A stretch of DNA of 32,000 bases from an uncultured archaeon. Lineage in GTDB: Archaea > Iainarchaeota > Iainarchaeia > Iainarchaeales > Iainarchaeaceae. The position numbers were made by a program, and so were the translations under genes. Below the pieces are notes generated by a model. That model saw only the letters and a program-made list of their open reading frames with translations. It was not told the DNA's origin and ran no database searches. Below, in pieces: positions 8,435 through 17,640 of this stretch. Position 1 is the first letter of the stretch; the number at the start of each line of letters is the position of its first letter. The stretch is from assembly GCA_964577555.1 (NCBI GenBank), contig CAZNZM010000003.1, positions 35,837 through 67,836 on the forward strand, read 5' to 3'.

Positions 8435-8998
8435 TCATATTTTTCCAACGAGTTTTATTTCAGGTTTTATTGTTTTTTTGCCTGGTTTCCAATTCATTGG
8501 GCATACTTCGCCTTTGTTTTCTCTTACGAATTTTGCTGCTTCTAATTTTCTTATTGTTTCTTCCACGCTTCTGCCTATGTTGTTGTCGTGGAATTCAAAT
8601 GTCTTTATTATGCCATCCGGGTCGATTATAAATGTTGCTCTGAGTGAAAGCCCTTCTTGTTCTATAAGAGTGCCGTAAGCGGTGCATACTCTTCTGGCTG
8701 GGTCTGCAAGCATTGGAAATTTTATTTTTTTGATTGTTGGGGATTCGTCGTGCCATGCTTTGTGTACGAATGCTGTGTCAACGCTGACGCTTATTATTTC
8801 TGCGCCGAGTTTTTTTATTTTGTCATAGTTTTCTGCAAGTTCTCCGAGTTCTGTTGGGCAAACAAATGTAAAGTCGGCAGGATAAAAAAACAATATTACC
8901 CATTTTTCTTTGTAGTTTGACAGGCTTATTTTTTTGAATTTGTCGTCAACGTATGCTTCTTCAGTGAATTCTGGTGCTTTTTGGTTTATTGATATCAT
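8435..8998 (-). CDS. Typical 2-Cys peroxiredoxin (AhpC/Tsa family)
   Basis: Peroxidatic motif FTFVCPTEL and a C-terminal resolving Cys in GEVCP. Confidence 0.9.
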   Translation of the reverse strand: MISINQKAPEFTEEAYVDDKFKKISLSNYKEKWVILFFYPADFTFVCPTELGELAENYDKIKKLGAEIISVSVDTAFVHKAWHDESPTIKKIKFPMLADPARRVCTAYGTLIEQEGLSLRATFIIDPDGIIKTFEFHDNNIGRSVEETIRKLEAAKFVRENKGEVCPMNWKPGKKTIKPEIKLVGKI

Positions 8999-9076
8999 GT
9001 TAAAATGGTTTTTAGCATCATTTTAAATTTTTTAGCTTTTGGCTTTTGTCAATATTTTTTTTGTTTGTAGTACTAT

Positions 9077-9856
9077 TTACAAAAATTTTTCTGTTATGCG
9101 CATTTGTTTTCTTTCAAGTCCTTTTATTTTTGCTTTTTCTTTTTCGCTTGGAGTAAGTTCAAAATCAAGTTTTGCGAATTCCAACCCGAGTTTTTCCAAT
9201 AGTTCTTTTGCGTTTTTTCTTATTGAAGGAGCAAGCAATATTCCGCGTGTTTTTATTCCTTTGAGTTTTTCAATTTCTTGCATGTATCTTTGGAGTTGTG
9301 TTACTGCTGAAAAGTCTGCTTGTCTTCTTTTGAGTTCTATTACAACAAAATTTCCATTTTTGTCTTGTGCAACTATGTCGCAAATTCCTTTTCTGAAGTG
9401 TTGTTGTTGGTTTATTGGTTTTAGGCCTGGTTCAACCATTGAAAGGTCTTCCATGAGTATTTTGTTCAAGTCTTTTTCTGAGCCGCTTAGTCTTAAATCG
9501 TCTGTTATTTCCATTTCGTGGTTCATGACTTGGTGTATTTTTTCGAACTCTATTCTGAGTAATTCTTTTGGTTTTGTTTTTGTTGCTTTTATGATTAGAG
9601 TGTTTTCGCCTAGGCTTGTTCCTATTTTCGTGTTTATCATGTAATTTGTGGGCCTTACTAGTCTGTTTTGGTGTATTGAGATTGAGCCGTCTCCTTTTAT
9701 TATCATTAACCTTTTTCCAATTGGCAATTTGGATGTTGCTCTTCCAATGTAATCTACTTTACATTCTCCTATTACCAGAACCATGTTTTTGTTGATTATT
9801 CCTTTGTCTATTTCCGATTTTATTTCTGTGAATTCATTCATGTTCTCTGCTCGCAT
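9077..9856 (-). CDS. nucS: Endonuclease NucS/EndoMS
   Basis: N-terminal VDYIGRATSKLPIGKRLMIIKGDGSISIH and the C-terminal RecB-like motif DIVAQDKNGNFVVIELKR. Confidence 0.9.
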   Translation of the reverse strand: MRAENMNEFTEIKSEIDKGIINKNMVLVIGECKVDYIGRATSKLPIGKRLMIIKGDGSISIHQNRLVRPTNYMINTKIGTSLGENTLIIKATKTKPKELLRIEFEKIHQVMNHEMEITDDLRLSGSEKDLNKILMEDLSMVEPGLKPINQQQHFRKGICDIVAQDKNGNFVVIELKRRQADFSAVTQLQRYMQEIEKLKGIKTRGILLAPSIRKNAKELLEKLGLEFAKLDFELTPSEKEKAKIKGLERKQMRITEKFL

Positions 9857-9946
9857 TTAATTAATTTGTTTAAAGGTTTTATTATTTTTTTGGAAATTGT
9901 TTTGCCTGCAAACAATTAAATATCTCTTTTAAGTAAGAGATTTAGA

Positions 9947-10573
9947 ATGAGAACTATTGATGCGAAGTCTTATGCTAATTCGTTTTTGGTTTTTGCAATA
10001 TTATTTTTAATAGGCATTTATACAAATGAACTTGGTTTTTGGAAAAACGCTGCAAATGCTTCTTTGATGACTGCGGTTTCTTTGATTTCCATAGTGCTTT
10101 TTTTGGGTCCTTTGTCCAGGTTTTTTCCAAATTATTTTATGCATGACTTGGTTTATCGTAAACCCATTGGTATTGCTGGTTTTGTTTTTACTATTATATA
10201 TTCTTGCATTTTATTTGCATTGAATGAGTTTGATTTTTATAAGCTTTTTTCTGGATCAAATTTTCTTTCGTCTTCTTATCTTGCTCTTTCCTTGTTGACA
10301 ATGTTTGCTCTTTGGTTAATTTCAATGCCTAAGTCTATTCAAGAGTTAAGTTTTGCAAGGTGGAAGTCTTTGCAAGGTTGGGGTTATGTTGCTCATGCTT
10401 TTTTGTTGTTGCATTTTTGTTTTGTTGATGCTTATTTTTTTCCGAAAACAATTACTGGCAAATTAATCGTTTTTTTGTCTATTTTAGCCATGGTTTCAAA
10501 AATTGCAGTGGTTTTAATTAACTTGCCTAAAAAGCACTCTTTGATGGAGATTAGTCGTTTAAAGAGGCATTGA
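9947..10573 (+). CDS. Polytopic membrane protein, possibly ferric-reductase-like/YedZ(MsrQ)-like
   Basis: About 6 hydrophobic segments, with a His pair in YVAHAFLLLHF. The family assignment is weak. Confidence 0.45.
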   Translation: MRTIDAKSYANSFLVFAILFLIGIYTNELGFWKNAANASLMTAVSLISIVLFLGPLSRFFPNYFMHDLVYRKPIGIAGFVFTIIYSCILFALNEFDFYKLFSGSNFLSSSYLALSLLTMFALWLISMPKSIQELSFARWKSLQGWGYVAHAFLLLHFCFVDAYFFPKTITGKLIVFLSILAMVSKIAVVLINLPKKHSLMEISRLKRH

Positions 10574-11100
10574 CAATCAGAACTTTATTTTTTTTATTTT
10601 TTTTAAGCTTTTTTTTAATTTGTTTTTTTTGTTGTTTGTTTTTGGCGGGCTGTTTTTTTTGTATTGGTTTTTGTTTTTATTTTGTCAGCAAATTTTTTGT
10701 TATTTTTTTGGATTCTTTTTTTGCGAGCCGAATTTTTTTTTGTTATTTATTTTTTTTGTCTTTGTTGGTTTGGTTTTTTTTGAGCCAATGTTGTTTTTTT
10801 AAATTTGCTTTTTTTTTGTTTTTTTGGTATTGCTAGCCATTTTTTTGTCATTGTTTTTTGTGAGCTATTTTTTGTTATTTTTTTTATTTAAATTGTTTTG
10901 TCTTTTTTTTGTGGCTTGTTTTTTTTGAATTATTTTTTTTGATTTTTGTTTTTTTTGCGAGCCATTTTTTTGTCAATTTTTTTGTAATTTTATTTTTTTC
11001 TTAATTCATTTTTTCTCTTTTTTTTCAAGACAAGTTTTTTTGTCTTTGGTGGTTAGAAAATTGACTTTTTTTTGTTTTTTTGGTTTTAATAAGTTGGTGT
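10574..11100 (+). repeat. G/T-rich intergenic array C, the largest (GCGAGCC at 10723-10729 and 10957-10963)
   Basis: Starts at the stop of 9947..10573. A sampled line (10621-10680) has T42 G14 A2 C2. Islands: GGCGGGCTG 10644, GCGAGCCGAA 10723, TGAGCCAATG 10781, GCTAGCC 10832, GTGAGCTA 10860, GTGGCTTG 10911, GCGAGCCA 10957. Confidence 0.8.
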
Positions 11101-11139
11101 TCAAAAAGGTTTTAATTTGAAAGGCAGGCAATTTTTATT

Positions 11140-12150
11140 ATGGGTCATTTGGAAAAAGATTTTTCAAAAAAAGAAATTTTTGAAGAGGCTAAAAGGCTTA
11201 AGAGCAATATGTCTGCTTTGGATTATAGTTTAAACGAATGTCTTGTTTTTGCCCCTTTAACACTTAAAATAAATCGATTGAAAAAAGAGAAGAATGCAAT
11301 AATTCTTGCGCATAGTTATCAACGTCCTGAAATAGTTTTTGGCATAGCGGATTATTCTGGTGACAGTTATGGTTTAAGCGTTGAAGCATCAAAAACAAAG
11401 GCAGACATAATAGTTTTTTGTGGAGTGCATTTTATGGCTGAAACTGCTAAAATCATTAATCCTGGTAAAAAAGTTCTTGTTCCTTCTCTTGAAGCTGGTT
11501 GTTCTCTTGCTGAAAGCATTGCCGCAAAAGATGTCAGAGTACTCAAGGAAATGAATCAGGATGCAAAAGTTGTTTGTTATGTTAATACGTCTGCTGAAGT
11601 AAAAGCCGAATCTGATGCGTGCTGTACAAGTGCTAATGCTCTTAAAGTGGTTGAATCGATGCCTTCTGATAAAGTGATTTTTATTCCTGACAAGTTTATG
11701 GCTAAAAATTTGCAAAAGGTTTCAAAGAAGAAGATTATTAGTTGGGATGGTAAATGTGTTGTTCATGAGCAATTCAATTCTGAGCAAATAAGAGAATATA
11801 GGAGTGCCTATCCTGGTTTGGAGGTTTTGTCGCATTTGGAGTGCGACTCAAGTGTTATAGGGCTTTCCGATTTTTCTGGAGGAACCAATGATATGATAAA
11901 TTACATAAAGTCAAGTCGAGCTGATAAATTCATGGTTGTTACTGAATGCGGAATGTCTGATGTGTTGAGGCAAAAGTTTCCTGAAAAAACTTTTGTTACT
12001 CCTTGCAGCATTTGTCCTTATATGAAAAAAATAAATTTGGAGAATGTTTTGGCTTCTTTGGAGAATGAAGTTTTTGAAGTTGATGTTTCTCCTGAAATAA
12101 TTGGCAAGGCTAGTTTGGCTATTAAAAGAATGATTGAAATTGGAAAGTAA
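11140..12150 (+). CDS. nadA: Quinolinate synthase
   Basis: 336-aa ORF with the NadA pattern: AHSYQRPE, CGVHFMAETAKI, and conserved Cys residues including VVHEQF and TECGM. Confidence 0.9.
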   Translation: MGHLEKDFSKKEIFEEAKRLKSNMSALDYSLNECLVFAPLTLKINRLKKEKNAIILAHSYQRPEIVFGIADYSGDSYGLSVEASKTKADIIVFCGVHFMAETAKIINPGKKVLVPSLEAGCSLAESIAAKDVRVLKEMNQDAKVVCYVNTSAEVKAESDACCTSANALKVVESMPSDKVIFIPDKFMAKNLQKVSKKKIISWDGKCVVHEQFNSEQIREYRSAYPGLEVLSHLECDSSVIGLSDFSGGTNDMINYIKSSRADKFMVVTECGMSDVLRQKFPEKTFVTPCSICPYMKKINLENVLASLENEVFEVDVSPEIIGKASLAIKRMIEIGK

Positions 12151-12187
12151 AAAATTGGTGTTCGGGCAAAACGCCCGAACAATTTTT
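12150..12187. terminator. Bidirectional hairpin terminator between the convergent genes nadA and 12186..12584
   Basis: GTTCGGGC (12160-12167), loop AAAAC, GCCCGAAC (12173-12180). Flanked by AAAAATT upstream and AATTTTT downstream, so a T-run follows the stem on both strands. Confidence 0.6.
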
Positions 12188-12584
12188 AATATGTGTTCGC
12201 CATTGTTCTTTTTCCAAATCCATTTCCTTGTTTTCTGCACATGCCTGGTTGTTGCCAATTGTATTTTGGTTGGTTTAAACCAAGTTTTGCTTTGAGTTCA
12301 AGTGCTTTTTCCATATCTCCTTTTTCAATTGCTTTGTGGAGTTCTGAAAATGTTTGAAAGTTTTTTTCATTTATGATTTGGAATATTCTTCCGTTGGTTG
12401 GTAAATTATTTTCTTGCCTGATTTTTTTCCACTCAGCGTAATTTCCATCTTCTATTGCTTTTTCAATTTTTTCATGTAGTTCTGGATTGTAATTTATTAT
12501 TGGTTTTATTTGGTATGCTGCTGCAAAACCAGCTACAAATAGGCTTGTGGCTATTATTGTCATTATTATTGCGATTTTTTTCAT
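12186..12584 (-). CDS. Small secreted or membrane-anchored helical protein of unknown function
   Basis: SD AGGAGGT precedes the internal ATG at 12584, giving MKKIAIIMTIIATSLFVAGFAAA (signal/anchor). Two similar helical segments, EKIEKAIEDGNYAEWKKI and ELHKAIEKGDMEKALELK. Confidence 0.6.
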   Translation of the reverse strand: MKKIAIIMTIIATSLFVAGFAAAYQIKPIINYNPELHEKIEKAIEDGNYAEWKKIRQENNLPTNGRIFQIINEKNFQTFSELHKAIEKGDMEKALELKAKLGLNQPKYNWQQPGMCRKQGNGFGKRTMANTY

Positions 12585-12700
12585 TATAATACCTCCTTTG
12601 TTTGGTATTAGAGGTTTTAGATTTTGGTTTATAAATTGGTTTTCCGGATTTATACCCAAATCTAGCCTAAATTTATTATTTTTTTGTATTTTTTTTGTTT

Positions 12701-13117
12701 TCATTCTTTTAGGAGATATATTAGTATTATTGTGGCTATTAGCGTAAATATTGAAGGTATTATTGTGAAAGGACCTAGTCCAGCTCCTCTGAATCCAAAA
12801 ATTTGTGTTAATAATGGGTTGGCTGTTAAACTTTGTGCAAATAAAGCCGATGCCATTGCGATTAGCCCCAAACTAAAATTAGATTTTAATTCCGAATAAA
12901 TTGTTGCATAATTATATATTAAATATATTAAAAGGAAAGAGTTTATTGTTGAGATAATTGTTTTAAAAAAATTTAATTCTTCGTTGATCATCATGCTTTT
13001 TCTTTGTCCTGGCGTGTAATAATAGTTTATCATTGAAACCATTAGAATTGTTGCAATTATTACAAATGCTATGACTGTTAAAGTTATTGTCATGGGGTTT
13101 TTAGTCTTGTTTTTCAT
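12701..13117 (-). CDS. Four-TM membrane protein of unknown function
   Basis: Hydrophobic segments TITLTVIAFVIIATILMV, IISTINSFLLIYLIY, LGLIAMASALFAQSL and FTIIPSIFTLIATIILIYL. The start is probably ATG 13117 (AGAGGG upstream), overlapping the stop of the upstream HTH gene. Confidence 0.6.
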   Translation of the reverse strand: MKNKTKNPMTITLTVIAFVIIATILMVSMINYYYTPGQRKSMMINEELNFFKTIISTINSFLLIYLIYNYATIYSELKSNFSLGLIAMASALFAQSLTANPLLTQIFGFRGAGLGPFTIIPSIFTLIATIILIYLLKE

Positions 13118-13418
13118 GTTTTTTTCCCTCTTTATCATTTTGTTCGGTAATCATTTTTTTAAGTAATTCGGCGTTTTCTTTTAGTTTTTCCGAATAAAAA
13201 TAGATTTGTCCGTATTTATTTCCTATTTTTGTGATTAAACCGTTTTTTTCCATTAATTCTATGTGGTGTTGGGCTGTCTTGTAATTCATGCCTGTTCTTT
13301 TTGCTATTTCATTGAGGTTGGCTGGTTTTTTTTCTATTTCTTTTAAAATTGAAATTCTGCTTTTTCCTCCTTTTGAACCAGCAATCAGCCAATAAATTGT
13401 TTGTTGAAAGTAATCCAT
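13101..13418 (-). CDS. Winged helix-turn-helix transcriptional regulator (ArsR-like)
   Basis: WLIAGSKGGKSRISILKEIEKKPANLNEIAKRTGMNYKTAQHHIELMEKNGLI is a typical wHTH segment. It is first in a three-gene same-strand cassette. Confidence 0.75.
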   Translation of the reverse strand: MDYFQQTIYWLIAGSKGGKSRISILKEIEKKPANLNEIAKRTGMNYKTAQHHIELMEKNGLITKIGNKYGQIYFYSEKLKENAELLKKMITEQNDKEGKKHEKQD

Positions 13419-13482
13419 ACCTTAAATCTTGGTTTGAAATATAATAAAAATACTTTATTGGATTTGTATTTGTGGTGGGTTT

Positions 13483-13893
13483 ATGAAATCTTATACAAAG
13501 TATTTGAAGTTTAATACAAAAAATCGTGTTGATTTTGTTTTAATTACTAATGAAATACAAAAAGCTGTTTCAGAATCTGGTGTTTGTGAAGGTTTTGTTC
13601 TTGTAAATCCTATGCATGTTACTTCTGCGGTTATTGTAAATGATAATGAACGTGGTTTGCATGAGGATTTTAAACGGGTTTTTGAACGTCTTGTGCCTTA
13701 TAATGCGGTTTATGAGCATAATGTTGGGGAAGATAATGCGGCTTCGCATATTTGGAGGCAATTAATTGGGCATCAGGTTGTTTTGCCAATAACAAAAGGG
13801 AAGCTTGATTTTGGTACTTGGGAGCAGGTTTTTTATTGTGAATTTGATGGGCAGAGGGAAAAAAGAGTTTTGGTAAAAATAATAGGGGAGTAA
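13483..13893 (+). CDS. YjbQ/UPF0047 family protein (secondary thiamine-phosphate synthase enzyme family)
   Basis: 136 aa. HVTSAVIVNDNE, NAASHI and LPITKGKLDFGTWEQVFYCEFDG are family hallmarks. Confidence 0.8.
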   Translation: MKSYTKYLKFNTKNRVDFVLITNEIQKAVSESGVCEGFVLVNPMHVTSAVIVNDNERGLHEDFKRVFERLVPYNAVYEHNVGEDNAASHIWRQLIGHQVVLPITKGKLDFGTWEQVFYCEFDGQREKRVLVKIIGE

Positions 13894-13908
13894 AAAATTT
13901 GGGTGAAT

Positions 13909-15345
13909 TCAGTTTTCTATGTAGTGTGTTCCAATGCTTTCTTTTCTTTTTATTGCTGCTTCTATGGTGAGTTTGCAAACTTTTAGGGCTTTTTGTATTG
14001 CAATGCACTTGTTGGTTTCGTTTTTTTCCATTTTTTCTTCAAGCGCAGTTATTCTTGCAAGTCCTTCGTTAAGGTTTTGTTGTGTTCTTATTACGCCGCA
14101 GCATTTCCACATTATTTTTTTCATTGCTGAAAAGGCAATTTCTTGGTTTATGCCTTCTTTTGCTTTTTCTTGTTTTTTTGTTTTTGCAGTATTGTTTTTT
14201 CTTTTTTGTTTTGTTGCGTTTTGTGCTGCGATTTTACCCATTACTATGCCTTCTAAAAGTGAATTCGATGCAAGCCTGTTTGCTCCGTGGAATCCTGAAC
14301 ATGTGCATTCTCCTGCCCCGTAAATTCCTTTTATGTTTGTCATTCCGTTTTCATTGATTTTTATGCCGCCTATAGTGTAGTGTGCTGCTGTTTCTATTGG
14401 TATTAATTCTTTTTCAGGGTTTATTTTGTTTTTTATCAGTTCTTTGTATACTCTTGGAAATTTTTTTTGGAAGTCTGTTTGCATGTTTCTTGCGTCCAAA
14501 TATACTTTTTCTCCTTTGATCATTTCATAGTATATTGCTCTTGATACTTTGTCTCTTGTAAAGAGTGGATTGACTATTTGTTCTCCTTTGCCATTTACTA
14601 TTTTTCCGCCTTCTCCTCTTACTGCTTCGGTTATTAAAAAATTTGAGCCAAGTGCTTGTATGGTTGTTGGGTGGAATTGTATGAATTCCATTCCTGAAAT
14701 GTCGCATCCTGCGGAATATGCTATTCCAATGCCTGTGCCTATTGTTGTTTTTGGATTGGTTGTTTTTTCAAAACAGGCGGCGTAGCCTCCTGTTGCTATT
14801 ATTAGTGCATTTGAAGTGAATTCTTCTTCAATTGTTTTTATTCCGACGTAATTGTCTTTGTTTGTTTGTATTTCGTTTACAAATAATTGGTCAAGCATGT
14901 GAACGTTTGGTTGTTCTTTTGCTATTTTTCTGAGGAATTTCGTGATTTCTTTTCCTGTTTGGTCGCCGTTTTTGTGAAGAATTCTTCTTTTTGAGTGTCC
15001 TCCTTCAAGTCCAAGTTCTGGTTTTTTGTTTCCGCCGTCAAATTCAAAGCCGTAATTCATTATTTCTTTTATGCAATCAGGGCCTGATTTTGTTATTAAA
15101 TTGACTATTTTTTCGTCGCATAGCCCTGCTCCTGCTTCAATCGTGTCTTTTGCGTGTTCTTTCCATGAATCGTTTTTTCCTATTGTGCATGCTATGCCGC
15201 CTTGGGCGTGGTAGGAGTTTGAATATTTTTCATCGCCTTGGTCTATGAGTGCGATTGATTTTTTTTTGTTTTTTGACGCTTCTATTGTTGCAGACAAACC
15301 TGCTATTCCTGAGCCAATTATTATAATGTCAAATTTTTCTGTCAT
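13909..15345 (-). CDS. nadB: L-aspartate oxidase
   Basis: N-terminal FAD motif IIIIGSGIAGLSA, then AQGGIA, FHPT and HGANRLASNSLLE. Confidence 0.9.
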   Translation of the reverse strand: MTEKFDIIIIGSGIAGLSATIEASKNKKKSIALIDQGDEKYSNSYHAQGGIACTIGKNDSWKEHAKDTIEAGAGLCDEKIVNLITKSGPDCIKEIMNYGFEFDGGNKKPELGLEGGHSKRRILHKNGDQTGKEITKFLRKIAKEQPNVHMLDQLFVNEIQTNKDNYVGIKTIEEEFTSNALIIATGGYAACFEKTTNPKTTIGTGIGIAYSAGCDISGMEFIQFHPTTIQALGSNFLITEAVRGEGGKIVNGKGEQIVNPLFTRDKVSRAIYYEMIKGEKVYLDARNMQTDFQKKFPRVYKELIKNKINPEKELIPIETAAHYTIGGIKINENGMTNIKGIYGAGECTCSGFHGANRLASNSLLEGIVMGKIAAQNATKQKRKNNTAKTKKQEKAKEGINQEIAFSAMKKIMWKCCGVIRTQQNLNEGLARITALEEKMEKNETNKCIAIQKALKVCKLTIEAAIKRKESIGTHYIEN

Positions 15346-15479
15346 TGTTAAACTAATTTTTGTAATGTTTAAAATTTATATGCTTAAAAATTTTATTGAT
15401 TTTATGAAATTATTGTGGATTATTTTGCTTTGCTATATGTTTAAATAGTTAGAGTAAGAGATTTTTAAAGGATGAAATT

Positions 15480-15950
15480 ATGGTTAGAAAAACTGTAAGA
15501 AAGGGTGGTGTGAAAAGATTAAATCATAACCCTTTAACTCCTAAACCTAAAAATTCTGGTGTAACAAGGGCTTTAGAAAGGGCACTTGGATATGAACGTG
15601 CTGTTGCTGGTTTTATTTTGGGAAAACCTTATCCTTTTAAAGCTTTAGAAAAAATGTTTTCTAAAAACTTGCCTCCTGAATATAAAAAAATTATTTCAAG
15701 ATATTCTTTAGAACCTTTTTTGAGTCATTCAAGAGAAACTTTAATAGGAATAGATAAGAGATTAGCTGAGTTAATTTCGGAACGGAATGATTTGATAAAA
15801 AGACGTGCGCCTAAAGAACAAATAGAAAGAGTCAAATATCTGATAAATTTGAATAGGCAAATGAGGTCTGGAGTTATTCAGCAAGTTGCTATGGAACTTC
15901 ATACTATTTTTACGCAAATTAAAAAAGAATTTCACCCTATTTTAAAATAA
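15480..15950 (+). CDS. Hypothetical basic protein (156 aa)
   Basis: Clean ORF with AGGATGA upstream of the ATG and non-repetitive composition. I recognise no motif. Confidence 0.5.
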   Translation: MVRKTVRKGGVKRLNHNPLTPKPKNSGVTRALERALGYERAVAGFILGKPYPFKALEKMFSKNLPPEYKKIISRYSLEPFLSHSRETLIGIDKRLAELISERNDLIKRRAPKEQIERVKYLINLNRQMRSGVIQQVAMELHTIFTQIKKEFHPILK

Positions 15951-16368
15951 TTAAGACAACTTTGTTTTTTTTGAGCTGTTTTTTTGTTATTTTTTTGAAT
16001 TCTTTTTTTTGTGGGACGTTTTGTTGCGCCAATTTTTTATTATTTTTATTTTATTTTTTTAAAGTAATTTTTTTTTGTCATGTTTTTTTTTGAATTATTT
16101 TTCTGATTTTTGGTTTTTTGTTTGAAATTTTGTTTTTTTGGCGAGCCAAATTTTTTGATTTTTTTTGTTTTTTTTGTTTGATGTTTTTTTTGTTTTTCGA
16201 GCCGATTTTTTGTCTTGTTAGTCAAGTTTTGTTTTTTTTTGGTTTCTCGTTGTTTTTTTATTAGTCTATTTTTTTGGCTAACTAATTTTTTTGCCAAGTT
16301 TTTTTTGCAAGCCAGTTTTTTTAGACTATTTTTATTTTTTTTTATTTTTGATTTTGTTTTTTGTTTAA
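15951..16368 (+). repeat. G/T-rich intergenic array E (GCGAGCC at 16141-16147, CGAGCC at 16198-16203, GCAAGCC at 16307-16313)
   Basis: Fills the gap between convergent genes 15480..15950 and enolase. Shares the TGAATTATT...GATTTTTG...GCGAGCCA module with array C. Confidence 0.75.
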
Positions 16369-17640
16369 TTATTTGAATAGTTTGTCGCCTAAAAAGTTAG
16401 CGTTGTTTCCTAGTTCTTCTTCAATTGCGATTAGGCGATTGTATTTTGCTATTCGTTCGCTTCTTGCTGGGGCTCCGAATTTGCTTTGCCCTGAGCCCAA
16501 GCCAACTGCAAAGTCTGAAATGAAAGTGTCTTCGCTTTCTCCAGATCTGTGCGAAACCACAACGTTCCAATTGTTTTTTTCTGAAATTTCCCATGCTTTT
16601 ATTGATTCTGAAACTGTTCCTATTTGATTTAGTTTTAGCAACAAGGCGTTGCATGATTTTTCAGAAACTGCTTTGCTTATTCGTTCAACATTGGTTACTA
16701 ACAAGTCGTCTCCCACTATTTGTATTTTTTTTCCTAATCTTGAATTTAATTCTTTCCAGCCTTGCCAATCGTCTTCAGCCATTCCGTCTTCGATTGAAAC
16801 TATTTTGAATTTTTTTGTTAATTCGGAGTAGAAGTCGATTAACTCGCTTGCTGAGAATGATTTTTTTCCTATCTTGTAATTTCCATTGTCAAAGAATTCA
16901 GAGCTTGCGCAATCAATTCCTAAAAATATTTTTCCATTATATCCTGTTTCTTCTATTGCTGTAAGCATTAATTCAAGTCTTTTTTCTAATGAATCTATTT
17001 TTGGAGCAAAGCCCCCTTCGTCTCCGAGTAATATTGCTTGTGCGCCAAATTTTTTCTTTAAAATGTCTTTCAATGTGTGGTATGATTCAACTCCCGCTCT
17101 TAATGATTCGGAAAAAGATTTGAATTTGGCTGGAAAAAACATGTGTTCTTGTATGTCATTTTCAATGCCTGCGTGTTTTCCCCCGTTAATGACATTGAGT
17201 TGTGGCATTGGAAGGCACATTTTTTTTCTGCCTGATATTTGGTTGATGTAGGAATATAATTCAAGATTGTTTTCGGCTGCGTTTGCTCTTGCAAAAGCCA
17301 TTGAAACTGAAAGCAACGAGTTTGCCCCTAACCTTGACTTGTTTTTTGTGCCGTCAAGAGATATTAGTATGTTGTCAAATTCTTCTTGTGTGTCAAATTT
17401 TTTTTCTTCTATAAATTTTGAAATAATTGTATTTACGTTTTGCACTGCTTTTAGGACTCCTTTTCCGAAGTATTCTTTTCCACCATCGCGCAGTTCTATT
17501 GCTTCGTGCAATCCTGTAGAAGCGCCGCTTGGAACTATTGAAGAGAATGAGCCTAGGCGTGTTTTGATTTCAGCTTGTATTGTCGGGTTTCCTCTACTGT
17601 CCAATACTTGTCTGGCTTTTACTTTTAGAATTTTTATCAT
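16369..17640 (-). CDS. eno: Enolase (phosphopyruvate hydratase)
   Basis: 423 aa. SRGNPT, SGASTG, DDLLVTN and SHRSGESED motifs. Confidence 0.95.
   Translation of the reverse strand: MIKILKVKARQVLDSRGNPTIQAEIKTRLGSFSSIVPSGASTGLHEAIELRDGGKEYFGKGVLKAVQNVNTIISKFIEEKKFDTQEEFDNILISLDGTKNKSRLGANSLLSVSMAFARANAAENNLELYSYINQISGRKKMCLPMPQLNVINGGKHAGIENDIQEHMFFPAKFKSFSESLRAGVESYHTLKDILKKKFGAQAILLGDEGGFAPKIDSLEKRLELMLTAIEETGYNGKIFLGIDCASSEFFDNGNYKIGKKSFSASELIDFYSELTKKFKIVSIEDGMAEDDWQGWKELNSRLGKKIQIVGDDLLVTNVERISKAVSEKSCNALLLKLNQIGTVSESIKAWEISEKNNWNVVVSHRSGESEDTFISDFAVGLGSGQSKFGAPARSERIAKYNRLIAIEEELGNNANFLGDKLFK

Noticed and set aside
9931-9946. Shared 11-mer GTAAGAGATTT upstream of the starts at 9947 and 15480 (second copy at 15454-15464), considered as a common regulatory motif
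   Set aside because: An exact 11-mer match between two sites is expected many times by chance in 32 kb of AT-rich DNA, and there is no third copy or palindromic structure to support it.
6226-11100. T-rich arrays considered as CRISPR arrays or as a replication origin
   Set aside because: There are no constant-length direct repeats alternating with unique spacers, and no cas genes. There are no ORB-like inverted repeats, no adjacent orc1/cdc6 gene, and no change of skew sign across any array.
16046-16297. 83-aa lysine-rich minus-strand ORF, and the ATGGCTCGC-(AAA)n mini-ORFs (MARKK..., MAHKK..., MASNTKK...) created by the reverse complement of the GCGAGCCAT cores
   Set aside because: Only about half of the cores are followed by AT, which is needed to make an ATG on the minus strand. 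The others read TCGGCTCGC or TTTGGCTCGC. There is no SD, peptide lengths are erratic (10, 11 and 13 aa, or running antisense into neighbouring genes), and the composition is simply poly-A. Coding is unlikely but cannot be fully excluded without ribosome profiling.
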